This document shows positions 21,903 to 34,388 of a stretch of DNA of 64,000 nt, piece by piece. Origin of the DNA: Malacoraja senta (lineage: Eukaryota); the NCBI GenBank assembly GCA_038087875.1, contig CM075978.1:32240001-32304000 (forward strand), given 5' to 3'. Under the pieces are notes generated by a model. It saw only the letters and a program-made list of their open reading frames with translations. It searched no databases and was not told the origin of the DNA. The position numbers and the translations under genes were made by a program. The stretch's first letter is position 1, and every line of letters starts with the position of its first letter.

Positions 21903-24900
21903 TATCTATCAGATCTCCTTGCATTCTTCTCTGTTGCAAAAACAGACAGTCTGTTCACATAACTAAAGTCAGGCATTTCTGGAATCATTTTGGTAAATCT
22001 ATTCTGCATCTTCTCCAAAGTTTTCACATCTTTCCTAAAGTTGTGTCCAAAACTGAAGCAAAACTCTAATTGTGGCTGAGCCAGTGTTTTTGTTCTTCAT
22101 GACTTCCTTGCTCTTGTACTCTATTCTTCTTTTGATAACACAGAGGATTTTAACAGCGTTCTCAACCTGCCTGTCACTTTTGAAGAACCACGCTTGTGGA
22201 GCCTAAGATAGCTGGTTTTTCAAATTATATGCAATATTTTATATTGTCACTTATTATTCTTCCAAACTGTAATTTTACATTTGTCAGCGTTAAATATAAT
22301 CTGCCACCCATCTGCCCAAATATACTGTATATCATTGATATTTATTGCTAAGCTTCTTGCAGTTCACTATGCCTCACGTTTTTCTCAGCTGCATAATTCA
22401 AAAGTATACCCAGTATATCCAAACCCAACTCATTAATGTATATTAAGAAAAGTAGTAGTCTTTGTTAGGATCCCCTTAGGGAACTCCAGGGTACATTTCT
22501 CGCATCTGATAAACAATCTTTCACATCTACTTAGCTAATTATCTATCCATACCTATTCAGCTCATTTTATGCCGTGGTTTCCATCTTGATAATGCCTAAT
22601 ATGTGCAACCTTATCAAATGGCTTTTGAAAGTCCACATTAACAAAATTAACCTTATTCCTTTAGTGGACCCTTTCTTTTACTTCATCAAAAAACTTCAAG
22701 TTAGTTAGACTCAATTTACCTTAAACATATCCACCTTGGCTTTCTCTAATTAATGCACATTTCATACATCATACAGCATGGAAATAGGCCATGCAGCCCA
22801 AGTTGTTCACAATAACCAGTGGGCATCCTTCCATGATAATTCCATCTTCCTGCACTTTTTGGACAATAATCCTTCCTGTCTAAGTGATTCAAATGTTCAT
22901 CTAAACACTTCTTAAGTATTGTCAGACGTCCAGACTCAACCATTCTCTTTGGCAATGCACTCCAGATACTTATCTAGATGAAGAATGTACCCCTCATAGC
23001 CCTCTAAATCTATTCCTTTTCACCCTAAAGCTATGTCCTCTTGTTTTATCTACCTCTGACATGGAGAAAGGTTTCCCGCAATATACTCTGTCTGTAGCCA
23101 TCATAATTTTATATACCTCAATCATAACCTCCTCTGCTCCAGGAGGAACAGATCTCCAGTCTCTCCTCATCACAAAACTGCTTCATCTGAGGCAACATCC
23201 TGGCATATCAACGCTGCACTTTCTCCAGTGCTATCGTGTCTTTCTTCTACCTTGGTGACCAGCTCCCTATTTATGTCTTCAGTTTTTTGATTAATGGGGG
23301 CTGGTATGCCTTCCTGACCATCTGATCTAACTTTCAAGGGACAATGGGCTCATACTCCAAGGTCTTAGAATTAAGTTAAGATTTATTATTGTTGCATGTA
23401 CTGAGGAGTGGTGAAGCTTTGTTTTGCGTGCTATTCAAACAGATCACATACATCATACATATATACAATCGTCAGAATAGATAAGATCGAAGGGGAGGAT
23501 ATAGAATGCAAAATATAGTTCTCAGCTTTGTAGTGCTTTGTAATGCATCAGGTCCATAGACAAAGTCCAATGTCCACAATGGGGTAGAGGTGAATCGGAC
23601 AGTTTCCGAGCTTCTGGAAGAAGCCTCATAATGTAAGAGAATTAAGCTGTTCTTGAGTCTGGTGGTGCACACTTTCAAGCTTCAAGATGGTAGCAGAGAG
23701 AAGAAGGAATGACCAGGCTGGGACAACCTTCCCATTTTTACTCAATACTTCCCAGAATCTTACCATTCATGCTGTATGGCCTCGCTTCAATACTACTCAC
23801 AAAATGCATCACTGCACATTTGTCTGGATTAAACCATTTTTGCAGTCACAAATTAATCTCTGACTTTTCAAGTAATCATTAATGCTCTCTCTAGAACTCT
23901 CTCTCTTCTGTACCACTGATGTTAGGCTCAGATCTATAGATATTTCCCTGCTGCCTTTCTTGAAAAAAGGAGGACCATGTATAAAAATCTCAGCTAGAGT
24001 TCCAAACTCTTCCCTTACCTCCTGTAGCAGCCTGGGATAAATCTCATCTGGTCCTGGAGATGTATCCAATTTAAAACCTGCCAAGGCATTGAGTGTACCT
24101 CCTCTTTATTTATGGAGATCTGTACTGGAATTTCACCTTCCACTTAATTTAATTCTCCAGCAACAAAGTCTGTTTCGTTTGTGAATAAAATTGAAAACTA
24201 TTCATTAGATTCTCATCAATATCTTCTCTCTCCACATACAGAGTGCTTCTATTGTCCCTAATGGGCCCTACCGTATACCTATAGATTGTCTACATATTTA
24301 CCTGATTCTGTCAGCCAATTATGTATTTCTTCTCTTTATCCAACCCGCATTATTTCTCAACATCTAGGGTTCTCTATACTTGTTATCCCTGGATTTTATC
24401 CTTACAGGAATATGTTGGCCTTGAACTCTTGTGATTTCTCTTTTGAATCCTTTGCACTGTGCAGATATCAACTTACCGACAGATAGATGTTCCCAAGTTA
24501 TTTTTGTCCTCTGTTAAGTCTTTGAAATTGGTCTTTCCTAAATGTCAGTCCTTTATTACTAGTCCATCCCTATCCTTTACATAAATGTATGGTGTCATGG
24601 TCACTGTCTCCAAAATGATCGCCCACTGATATAACCTACACTTGACCAACTTCCTTACCCAAGATAACGTCCAATTATGCTGCTACCCTAATTGGTGTAT
24701 CTACATACTGCATCAAAATGTTCTCCTGGACACATAATAATGATTCGGTCACCTCTGAGCCTTAAACGCTAAGGAAATCCAAGTTAATATTTTTTTAATT
24801 GAAATTCTCCAATAAAATAACCCTGTTTTCACTGCGTCTTTCTGATATATGCCTACATATCTGTTCCTCTATCCTGTTAACTGTTGGAAGGTGATGAAGA

Positions 24901-24970
24901 CATCCTTTTTGTTTCTGATCTTGACCCATATACTCGTTAGAAGAGACTTCTAGAATATCCTCTCTCGGTA
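21903..24970 (-). mobile_element. Cluster of old, nested CR1-clade LINE fragments, with a Rex1-tail element at ~23370-23725
   Basis: DTSPGPDEIYPRLLQEVREE (23809-24084) CR1 ORF2 motif; CR1 tail at ~22770; AAGATTTATTATTGT..CATGTACTGAGG reversed tail at ~23380. Confidence 0.7.
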
Positions 24971-25217
24971 CTGAGTACAGTTCTAGGATATTCTCCTCCC
25001 ACAGTACTGTTTAGTACAATTTAGCAGTACTGAGGGAGGATATCCTAGTGACTTCTAAATTGTCCAGATAATTATGTCTTTTAATGTAATTTCCCCAACA
25101 TCAACGCCTTTGAATAAGAGATCATTATTTGCAATTTTTATGTCATTAGACATCAGCCCTAAATCTGTAATTGTTTGTGAGGTTCAAAACAAATTCTCTC
25201 CAATTTGCTCACTGACT

Positions 25218-25401
25218 TAGAAACATAGAAACATAGAAAATAGGTGCAGGAGTAGGCCATTCGGCCCTTCGAGCCTGCACCGCCATTCAATATGATCGTG
25301 GCTGATCATCCAACTCAGTATCCTGTACCTGCCTTCTCTCCATACCCCCTGATCCCTTTAGCCACAAGGGCCACATCTAACTCCCTCTTAAATATAGCCA
25401 A
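25218..25401 (-). mobile_element. Young HER1/CR1 3' end with (TAGAAACA)n
   Basis: TAGAAACATAGAAACATAGAAAATAGGTGCAGGAGTAGGCCATTCGGCCCTTCGAGCC. Confidence 0.9.
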
Positions 25402-26267
25402 TTGCTCAACTTCGCTGAGCAATTTAGAATGCATCCCAACTGGATTAGGATTATCTACTGTAACTGCCCCAATAAAATCCCAATTACATCTTTCATTGCT
25501 GAAACTTAAGTGACATATTCTTCCATGACAAAGACCGATCTCAAATAATCATTTAGTACCTCAGCCAAGCCTTCTTCTTCAATGAAAAGAAAAGTATCAG
25601 AGACCTGGATGGTCTCTCTTTCTCACTCTCTACTTGCAATCAGCTGTGTTGGCGATAGAATTAACTAGATAGTGTTAATCAGATTTACACAGATTGGTTC
25701 TATCCAAAATCAATACAGGATATTCTCTCTCACTGTCATTGCAATATTCTCTTTAATAAATACTGCCACTTCCTCTTCTTTCCCTTCTTCCCTATTTTTC
25801 TTGGACATCTTGTATCTAGGAATATTTAGAATCTGTTTCTGCCCTATTATATCCTATTATATCCAGATCCCTGTTAATATCAATATTCCACATGGTTAAT
25901 TGTTCCTGCAACTCACCAACCTCATTTACATGCAAAACTAAATCTCAGATTTATTTGTTCTCTTTCTTATTCTTGCCTTATCCACACATTTCATAGATTC
26001 CATATTATTCATCTTTCCAATCCTTTCTGCACATTTTTCCTCATGTTCAATGTTACATTCCTATACCCAAACCCACCTCCTACCAAATTTGTCTTAGTTA
26101 TATTGGCAAGTAACCCATCTGGCTTGTACAGGCCTATGTCCCAGAACTGGTCACAATGCCCCAGGATTTTAGCCCTCTCCTTTTCCATCTCTCCAGTTAC
26201 GCACTTACCTGTGCTTCACACCTCTTTCTATATGCAGTGGCACATAGTACAAGGGGTAATCTGGAGA

Positions 26268-26582
26268 GTTTAGTTTAGTTTAGTTTAGAGGTACAGCATG
26301 GAAACAGGCCTTTTGACACACTGAGTCCATACCAATCATCAATCTCCGAATCACACTAGTTCTATGTTATCTCACTAGCTCATCCACTCCGTATCGACTC
26401 AGGCAATTTTACCCAGGTTAATCAACCTGCACTTCTTTAGGGTGTGGGAGGAAACCAGAGCATCTGGAGGAAACCAATGTCGTCACAGGGAGGACATGCA
26501 AACTCCACACAAACAGCACCCAAGCTCAGGATAGAACCCGGATCTCTGGCTCTGTGAGGCAGCAACTCTACTGTGCCACCCA
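26268..26582 (-). mobile_element. HE1-like V-SINE
   Basis: (GTTTA)n tail, V-domain, reversed tRNA head (CAGGATAGAACCCGG...GTGCCACC). Confidence 0.88.
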
Positions 26583-26853
26583 TTGCCTTTGAGATCCTGA
26601 TTTTTAATTACTATTGTGATACCTTAAAATCTACCTGCAGGGCTTCACCCACCTTTTCTACCTATGTGATGATATTGATATGCACCACTGGCTCTTACTA
26701 TTTACAAGCATAAAGACTTTTGATTCCCTTTCATGTTAACTTCTATTGACATCTCATACTCTCTCCTTCCTCATTCATTTTCTCTTCCATTTTCCCTCTC
26801 AGTTAACTATATTCAGTATAATTCATGCTGAACAATCACTTGACATAATTATT

Positions 26854-27009
26854 TAAGTAAGTAAGTAAGTTTATTGGCCAAGTATTCACATACAAGGAAT
26901 TTGCCTTGGTGCTCTGCCCACAAGTAACAACATGACATACAGTGACAGTTAGGAATGACTCAGAAAACACTAAATATTAATAATAATAAAACATTAATGA
27001 TAAAACACC
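26854..27009 (-). mobile_element. LINE 3' UTR fragment (Rex1/L2-like) with (TAAG)n
   Basis: TAAGTAAGTAAGTAAGTTTATTGGCC..ACAAGGAATTTGCCTTGGTG reversed tail with AATAAA. Confidence 0.6.
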
Positions 27010-27546
27010 CCATTTCTTCCCATTTGTCACCTTTGCTATTTCTCGTTTCATCCATTGAGCTCCGTGTTCCTTTATCTTTCCCAACGCTCCCATTTATGGG
27101 AATGTACTGGGCGTGTATCTAACATACTGTATCTATTCTTTAAAGTCAAGTTGGAGTCTTTAGTTCCCAATGTTTGACTTTACTTTATCCTAAAATGCAT
27201 CATCTCACATTTGTCTTGAGTAACCTCCATCCGCCATTTATTATCACAGTTCACAAACACTGCAATATCTTTCTGCAGCTTAATACTACACTAAACATTA
27301 TCAACAACGATAATATTCCGGTCATTTGTGAACTTACAGATTTTGTCACCCACATCACCATCCCACATGGAAAAAAAAGTTGGGTGTTTTTGCTTCCATT
27401 TCACAGGAGTACATAGTGTACAACCTGGCAGAGAACAATTTAGGATTGCATAGCTATACAGTTCTTTCGAGTATGAATGAATTCTGTTACAGTATTTAGG
27501 GAAACGAAATAGGTTGGGCTTCCAGATGTCTACATTCAGGTTGCAT

Positions 27547-27870
27547 ATTTAGTTTATGGAGATACAGCATGGAAACAGGCCCTTCAGCCCATCAAGTCTA
27601 AGCTGACCATCGATCACCCCGTTCACACTAGTTCAATGTTTTCCCACTTTCTCACCCACTTCCTAAACACTAGAGGCAATTTACAAAGACTAATTAACCT
27701 AAACACCTGGGCATCTTTGGACTGTGGGACGAACCCAGTACACGCCGAGGAAACAGTCACAGGGAGAACAAGCAAACTCCACGCCTACAGCACCCAAGGT
27801 CAGGATTGAACCTGGGTCTCTGGTGATGTGAGGCAGCAGCTCTACTAGCCCCCTGCGCCACTGTGGCCCC
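27547..27870 (-). mobile_element. HE1-like V-SINE
   Basis: GATACAGCATGGAAACAGGCCCTTC...GGTCAGGATTGAACCTGGG...TGCGCCACTGTG. Confidence 0.88.
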
Positions 27871-28304
27871 CTAATCCACCTGTGCGCTGTATTCTCTCTG
27901 ATACTGAGAACAAAAATTATGGTTGCTGATGGTTGCTGCAGAAATTTCCAGAAACTGCTGGGGTAGATTCCTCATTTGGCAAACTGTTGTGGGACAGAAG
28001 CGTCTTTCATGTAGTGATGTCGAGCGAGGCAGCCAAAGCAAACCTGCCAACACAAAGGAGAAACTAATTTCACAGACCTGCTAACTTAGCTGGAATTGTC
28101 AAAGACTTTCAAAGGCGAATATTCTGAATATTTGAAATGTTTCAGACACATTAAAAAAATACAAAGGTATTCTTTAAAAAAAAATTAAAAACTGAAATAT
28201 ATAAATATGAAATATTCCTTTAAATGTGTAAAAAAAAACGACATTTAAACACTTGAATACTTTATACAAAAAATCTAAATCACAATCCATTAATTTGATT
28301 GATT

Positions 28305-28600
28305 AAATTGTTAGATGTAGCATGGAAACAGGCCCTTTGGCCTGCCAAGTCCAGGCCAACCCGTCACGTTCAAACTAGTTCTATGTTATCCTATTTTTTG
28401 TATCCAATCCCTGCACACTTGGAGCAATTTACAGCAGTCAATTCACCCTCAAATCTGCATGTCATTGGGATGTGGGAAGAAACCAGACCACCCAGAGGAA
28501 ACCCATGTGGTCACAGAGAGAATGTACAAACTCCACACAAACAGCACCTGAGGTCAGGATTGAAGCGGGGTCTCTGGCACTGTGAGACAGCAGTTCTGTC
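28305..28600 (-). mobile_element. HE1-like V-SINE
   Basis: Same architecture as the other copies. Confidence 0.85.
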
Positions 28601-29289
28601 ACTTTTTTCACTGTGAAGCACAAATTTAGTAACTTTAACAATACATTGAAAGATTTATGAGGTCTTTTAAATAAGAACGTACCTAAATATAATTTTACTG
28701 TAATTGAAAAGTTATCTGAGTCTTTCTCAACCTTTCAAACCAGAGGGAAAAGATCAATTATTCCTCCTCTAACCTGTTGCAGGACAAATAACTGAGGCTT
28801 TAATGTACGTGCAGGGCATTTTGTAAAGGAATGTTAGTGTGTGCTAACAGGTTCAGCAAAGTTTCCTTGCAAATCCTGATCTATTATTCTTGAGAGATGA
28901 TGATCAGAATAATTTAGGTGTAAGATGTTGCCTATCTCAGGAACAACAAATACATTTCATTACATTCACCGTCAAAACAACCTGTTTTTATGTATTTTTA
29001 CTTTTTAGCAATTTATATATGTAAACATCCATTGTTATCTTCATAGGCATAATAACAGCCTCTACAATTTAACAGTCCCTCCATTTCCAGCACTGCACAG
29101 AAGCTGAGATTTGCAAATAATATGCTTTTTCAATAGGAAATCATAGGGTTAATCACAAACAACTTCCACTGTAATCCATTGGTTCCAAAACGAGTTCCAT
29201 TTAATATACCAAATTTAAAGAAATCTGAATCTCTAGTAAAAGGCTAGGCTGTTTTGTTAGGAATTGAAACAGTGGTCTTGGGAGTGAGG

Positions 29290-30260
29290 TAGAACATAGA
29301 ACGTAGAACAGTACAGCAAAAATGCTGTGCAATATGATTCAGAGGGTGTCAGTTGAAGGTCATTTTTGCATGGAAGCCTGTGACCATTGGTCTGCTGGAG
29401 GGTTTGGTAGTGTGTCCCTGACCATAGATTCATAGAGTTTTCGAGTGATATGGTGTGGAAACAGGCCCTTTAGCCCAACTTGCCCACACTGGCAAACATG
29501 TCCCAGCTACACTAGTCCCACCTGCCCGCGTTTGGTCCACATCCCTCCAAATCTGTCTTATCAATCTCAAACTGTTTCGTCAATGTTGGCATAGTCCCTG
29601 CCTCAACTACCTCCTCTGGCAGCTTACACCCACCACCCTTTGTGTGAAACAGTTACCCCTCAGATTCTTATCAAATCTTTTCCCCTTCACCTAAACCTAA
29701 GTCCTCTGGCCGTTGATTCACCTACTCTAGGCAAGAGACTCTGTGCATCTACCCGATCTACCATGTGCTATATGCATTAAGAATCTGGATATAAATGTAG
29801 GAAATGTACCAAATGTATAATTGGTACGTTTGCAGACGAGACAACAATTGGTAGTGTAATTTATAGCAATGGGGTTGTCTTCATCCACAGTTCAATATAG
29901 ATGATTGGTAAAATGGACAAAAAAATGTCAATGTAATGCTGGAAAATGTGAAGTCATGCATTACAGGAGGACACGTAATGAGTGGTATGCTCCTCAGATA
30001 TGCTGAGGAACAGAGGCACCTTATTGTACATGAACAAAGATCATTGAAGACAGTTACATCGGTAGACAAGGTAGTTCTGCAACACACAGTGTACATTTCT
30101 AGCCACTATATAATAAGTGGGATATGAATGCACATTAGAGGGTTTAGAGAAGGTTGCCCTGGATGGAGCATTTCAGTTATGAGGAAAAACATGCAACAAA
30201 ATAGCATGCAACAAAAGCTTTTCCCTGTACCTCGGTACATGTGACAATAAACTAAACTGT
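29290..30260. mobile_element. Nested CR1 fragments: younger minus-strand 3' end (29425-29760) inside an older plus-strand copy
   Basis: CATAGATTCATAGAG..GGAAACAGGCCCTTTAGCCC tail; flanks carry plus-strand CR1 RT-like sequence (GTTTGCAGACGAGACAACAATTGG). Confidence 0.7.
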
Positions 30261-31423
30261 AACTAACTAATGGGATGGGTTTGTCTTTATTGTTATTCCT
30301 CATTTAGGTATCCACTTAATATTTGACTCTCTACTTATCCACACTTGGAAGCACACTTTTCTTATGTTTAGAGCTGCATTTTTGTACTGGACTGTTTGTG
30401 CATTTTCAAAGCCTATTTGCTAGAACTTTTAACATTATGAGAAGGCAGGCGATCAAGAGTCAGCCACTCATGTGCACATATAGTCTTTCTTACTGAAACG
30501 GTGCAAAATGAGAAGCAGAAATCCATGCCACAGATTTCTGGTACTGAAAGATTTCACTGAATTAAAAATACCAAATCATACGTGTGATTCATTTTTAATT
30601 TCATCCAGAAATGCCAACCAGCAATTAACTGATTCCTTCACAACCTCATGATACAAAGTTAAAAGGGCTGTCCACTACTCCAAACTGCTGCACAACAGAT
30701 TCTCCCAGTAGCACTAAATAACCATGGGTTGCCTGGTTGGTGAAATGGAATAAAATGACAAAAGTTTTACTTTATAAACGGCACATTTTCGGAACAGAAT
30801 ATGTAACTGTATCAAGAGACTGAACATTGTCTGTCAAGTAATAATACAAATAGATAAATGATAAATAACACTCTGTTATCTTCAATGACTGGGAACATAT
30901 TACTTCTGCTTACATGGAGAAAAAATCTCACGCATTGTTCTTAACATAGCAAATGTGTGTAATACAGCCTCAGCAGATTGCTATACTACCGATTCTACAC
31001 TGTATAGATCGTACTCTCTTCACCAGCAGGATGCTAAAATGAGGATCGTAAAAATCAAATTTAACATATAACTGAAAAATTACCCAAACTATAGATTGTA
31101 GTTAAATAAAATGTTTCTGATAAGTAAAATATTTACTTCACTGAGACAGAAACACTATGCGGCAAATAAGATCAAACACTCTGCCCTTTAAATATTGGCT
31201 CAGTCAAAGTCAATGTTTACCCAGGTCTATGTTTATGTGAAAGCAACTACAACTTGCATTTGAGTGGGCTTCAACTTTTCAAATCCATCGCCAGAGATGC
31301 TGCCTGTCCCGCTGATTTACTCCAGCTTTTTTATGTCTATCTTCGATAAAAATTTTGTCTTGTGGCAAAGCTGAAACTGTTTTAGACATTATATAAATGG
31401 TGATAATAGGATGAATGGGTAAA

Positions 31424-31713
31424 TTAGTTTAGTTTAGAGATACAGCATGCAAACAGGCCCTTCGGCCCACTGAGTCCACACCGACCAGCAAACCCTGCAC
31501 ACTAATACTATCCTTCGCACACTAGGGACAATTTACAATTTTACCAAGCCAATTAACCTACAAACCTGTACGTCTTTGGAGTGTGGGAGGAAATTGGAGC
31601 TCCCGGAGAACACCCACACAGGTCACGGAGAGAACGTACAAACTCCATACAGGCAGCACCCGAGGTAAGAATATAACCCGGGTCTCTGGCGCTGCAAGGC
31701 CACCGTGCTGCCC
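31424..31713 (-). mobile_element. HE1-like V-SINE
   Basis: (TTAGT)n tail, CCAATTAACCTACAAACC V-domain, CACCGTGCTGCCC head. Confidence 0.9.
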
Positions 31714-31719
31714 TACTTC

Positions 31720-32090
31720 ATCAAAGTCGTCCCATCTCAGTTATTCCTTCTTTATCCTGTTCCTGTCTGGCAGAAGGTACAGAAACTTGAAAACACGCAC
31801 CAGCAGTCTCAGGAACAGCTTCTTTCCCTCTGTTATCAGGCTTCCGAATCATCCTTCCATTAGCTAGGGTACGGTTTGGCTCACCTCTACCACATTAAGG
31901 CGATTGTCTATGGAACTGGTGTGCTCCAATGCTGAGAACTATAGTCTGCATTCTATATCTTCCTCTTTGCTCTATCTATTGTACATAATTTTGAACTGAT
32001 TGTATCTACGCATGGTATATTTGATTTGTTTGGAAGTATGCAACACAAAACTTTTCACTGCAACACGGTACATGTATCAATAATAACATA
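31720..32090 (+). mobile_element. Rex1/Babar-like 3' fragment
   Basis: SGRRYRNLKTRTSSLRNSFFPSVIRL motif plus 3' UTR. Confidence 0.8.
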
Positions 32091-34083
32091 AAGCTTGACC
32101 ATTAAAAATAAAACTGCTCTGTGAATCTGGAAGTCACTTTTTTCCTAAAACATTATGGAGGAGAAATTGGACATTAGTGGAAAAGGCTAAGTTGAATTGT
32201 GATATGCAATTAACTTGCATCTCTGAGTAATTATATGCATGCTTAATCATGGTTGCACTGTCCAACCAGCACATGGAGTGTTCGTGCCTTAGTGTTTTTC
32301 TCCTAACTGCAAATCAAGGTAGCAGTGCGGTCTGACACCAAGTTATTCCTGCAGAATCTAAAATTATGTATTTTATGTTCTTGCACTGATTATTGGAGAG
32401 TAGATGCCACAAAGTAGCAACTTCCTTCACTTTTCTGATGACCGAGATTCTGAGTGTTTGCAGAGATATTGCAAAATCTGATATTGGCAACTGATAAATG
32501 AATCTGTTATTTATTTAATCCAAACAAAATCCATTCTTTTGTTAGACATTTTTCAAAAGGGATGTTGTTTGCTGTCAGAAAAATGTGCTGAAGGTACAAA
32601 TAAATTAATTGGATTGACATCAAGTAACAGGCTCAAAGTCAACCACTGCAGCTATTAGTTTGTCCAAGCTAATCAAATTATTTTTCCAACAAAAATGAGG
32701 GGGGCAATACAAGCTCATCAAGAGTTTTTCAACAATTTCCAATTAAAATATACCTACAAAGCTTGTTCTTGATGTTGATTTACATCAAAACAATTGCTGA
32801 AAGTTTTTTATGGCACAGATATCATCTTTACAGAACTATTAATATAAATATTGGCAGAGAAAAGATAGGATTCAAAGTCAATATTTATAGGAAACAACAA
32901 AGTAACGACATGTAGTAATATCATAACAGGAAAATATAACTTAAATTTCAAAAGTTCTCTAACCTTAAAAAATAATGTGTGGCTAAAGTGATTTGTTAAA
33001 TGCAGAATAACAGAATATACTTCCAGGGCAAATTTGTTTATTGCATTCACTACCACAAAGTTCTTAAGTCAGTAATGTGGCAGTTAACTGATTTAGACTT
33101 TTGAGTTCTAAAGTATTATCATTAACTGGTAAAGTACTTGTTTATCTTCCATTACAATTTGTTCAGTTTTAAACCATTAAGAAGAGGAGCATAATGCTTC
33201 AAGCCTGGACCACTGCAGAAATCACTTCCTTGTTGACAGAAATGTTTCTCCTCGACCTAAATGTCACAGATTTCTGATTTGTGCAGATCTGTTATGGACT
33301 CATCAGTTGATTTACTGCACCTGTCACCTGTGTGCTAGCATACTACTCAGGAGCAATTTACATAACCTCATTTAATGGTTCACAAATCATGCCCATTAAA
33401 CCAGCTAACAGGAGCTGAGGGTTCTAATTTACTCTGCCTTTCACAGCAGGAAATTGGGAGGCTGGAGCCTGTGGATAAAGAAGCAGGTCTTGGCTTTGAT
33501 TGTTGATTGTGATGATAAATGTATGGATGATTAGAACAGATTTTCACTTTATTGATTTCCTGCCAAAATACAGCATGTTATAATGCATAAGGGGTCCGTT
33601 TGACAGCAATGTTAAAGTGACAGTTGTGTACTTGTTCCAACCCAAGATGATACTTGGAGCAATAAAAAAATGACAAACATTGAAAATACTAACAATGTCT
33701 TGGAAGTCTGCATGAAAGTATAATAAATCTGTGTTTTGTTAGGTTGATTAATTCTACGGTTGCAGTTATATTTTAATACTGATGACTTAATTAGTAAGCC
33801 CTCTTACTGCCAATACACAGCTCCATGTAGGCAAGCTTCCAGACATAAATGGTTCAGTACCCAAAGCAGATATCCTTGTTCCAGAGCATTTTGTAAAATG
33901 GTTACTTAAGTTTCTTTGGCTAGGTGGTCCAACATAGATATGAATAGCTTTGTTCAATCCTGCTTCACCCAAATTGGAGCTCTATTCCGTAAGATGACAA
34001 ACACAAGTAATAAGGTAAAGGTACCCCAATGGGATATCACATTGTTATGTATTGTGGAACTAGATAGGGGCCTGACATTAATT

Positions 34084-34388
34084 GATTGATCGAAAGATGC
34101 AGCAAGGAAACAGGCCCTTTGGCCCACCAAATCCATGCCTGCCATCGATCACCTGGTTACACTGGTTCTACGTTATTCCACTTTTGCACCCACACCCTAA
34201 CCACTAAGGGCAACTTACAGAGGCCAATTAACCTACAAACCCACACACCTTTGGGATGTGGGAGGAAACTGGAACACCCAGAGGAAACCTACGTGGTCAA
34301 AGGGAGAATGTGCAAAATCCAAGCAGACAACACCTGAGGTAAAGATCAAACCAACGTCTCTGGCTGGAGCTCTACCTGCTATACATCG
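34084..34388 (-). mobile_element. HE1-like V-SINE
   Basis: GGAAACAGGCCCTTTGGCCC...CCAATTAACCTACAAACCC...GAGGTAAAGATCAAACC. Confidence 0.87.
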
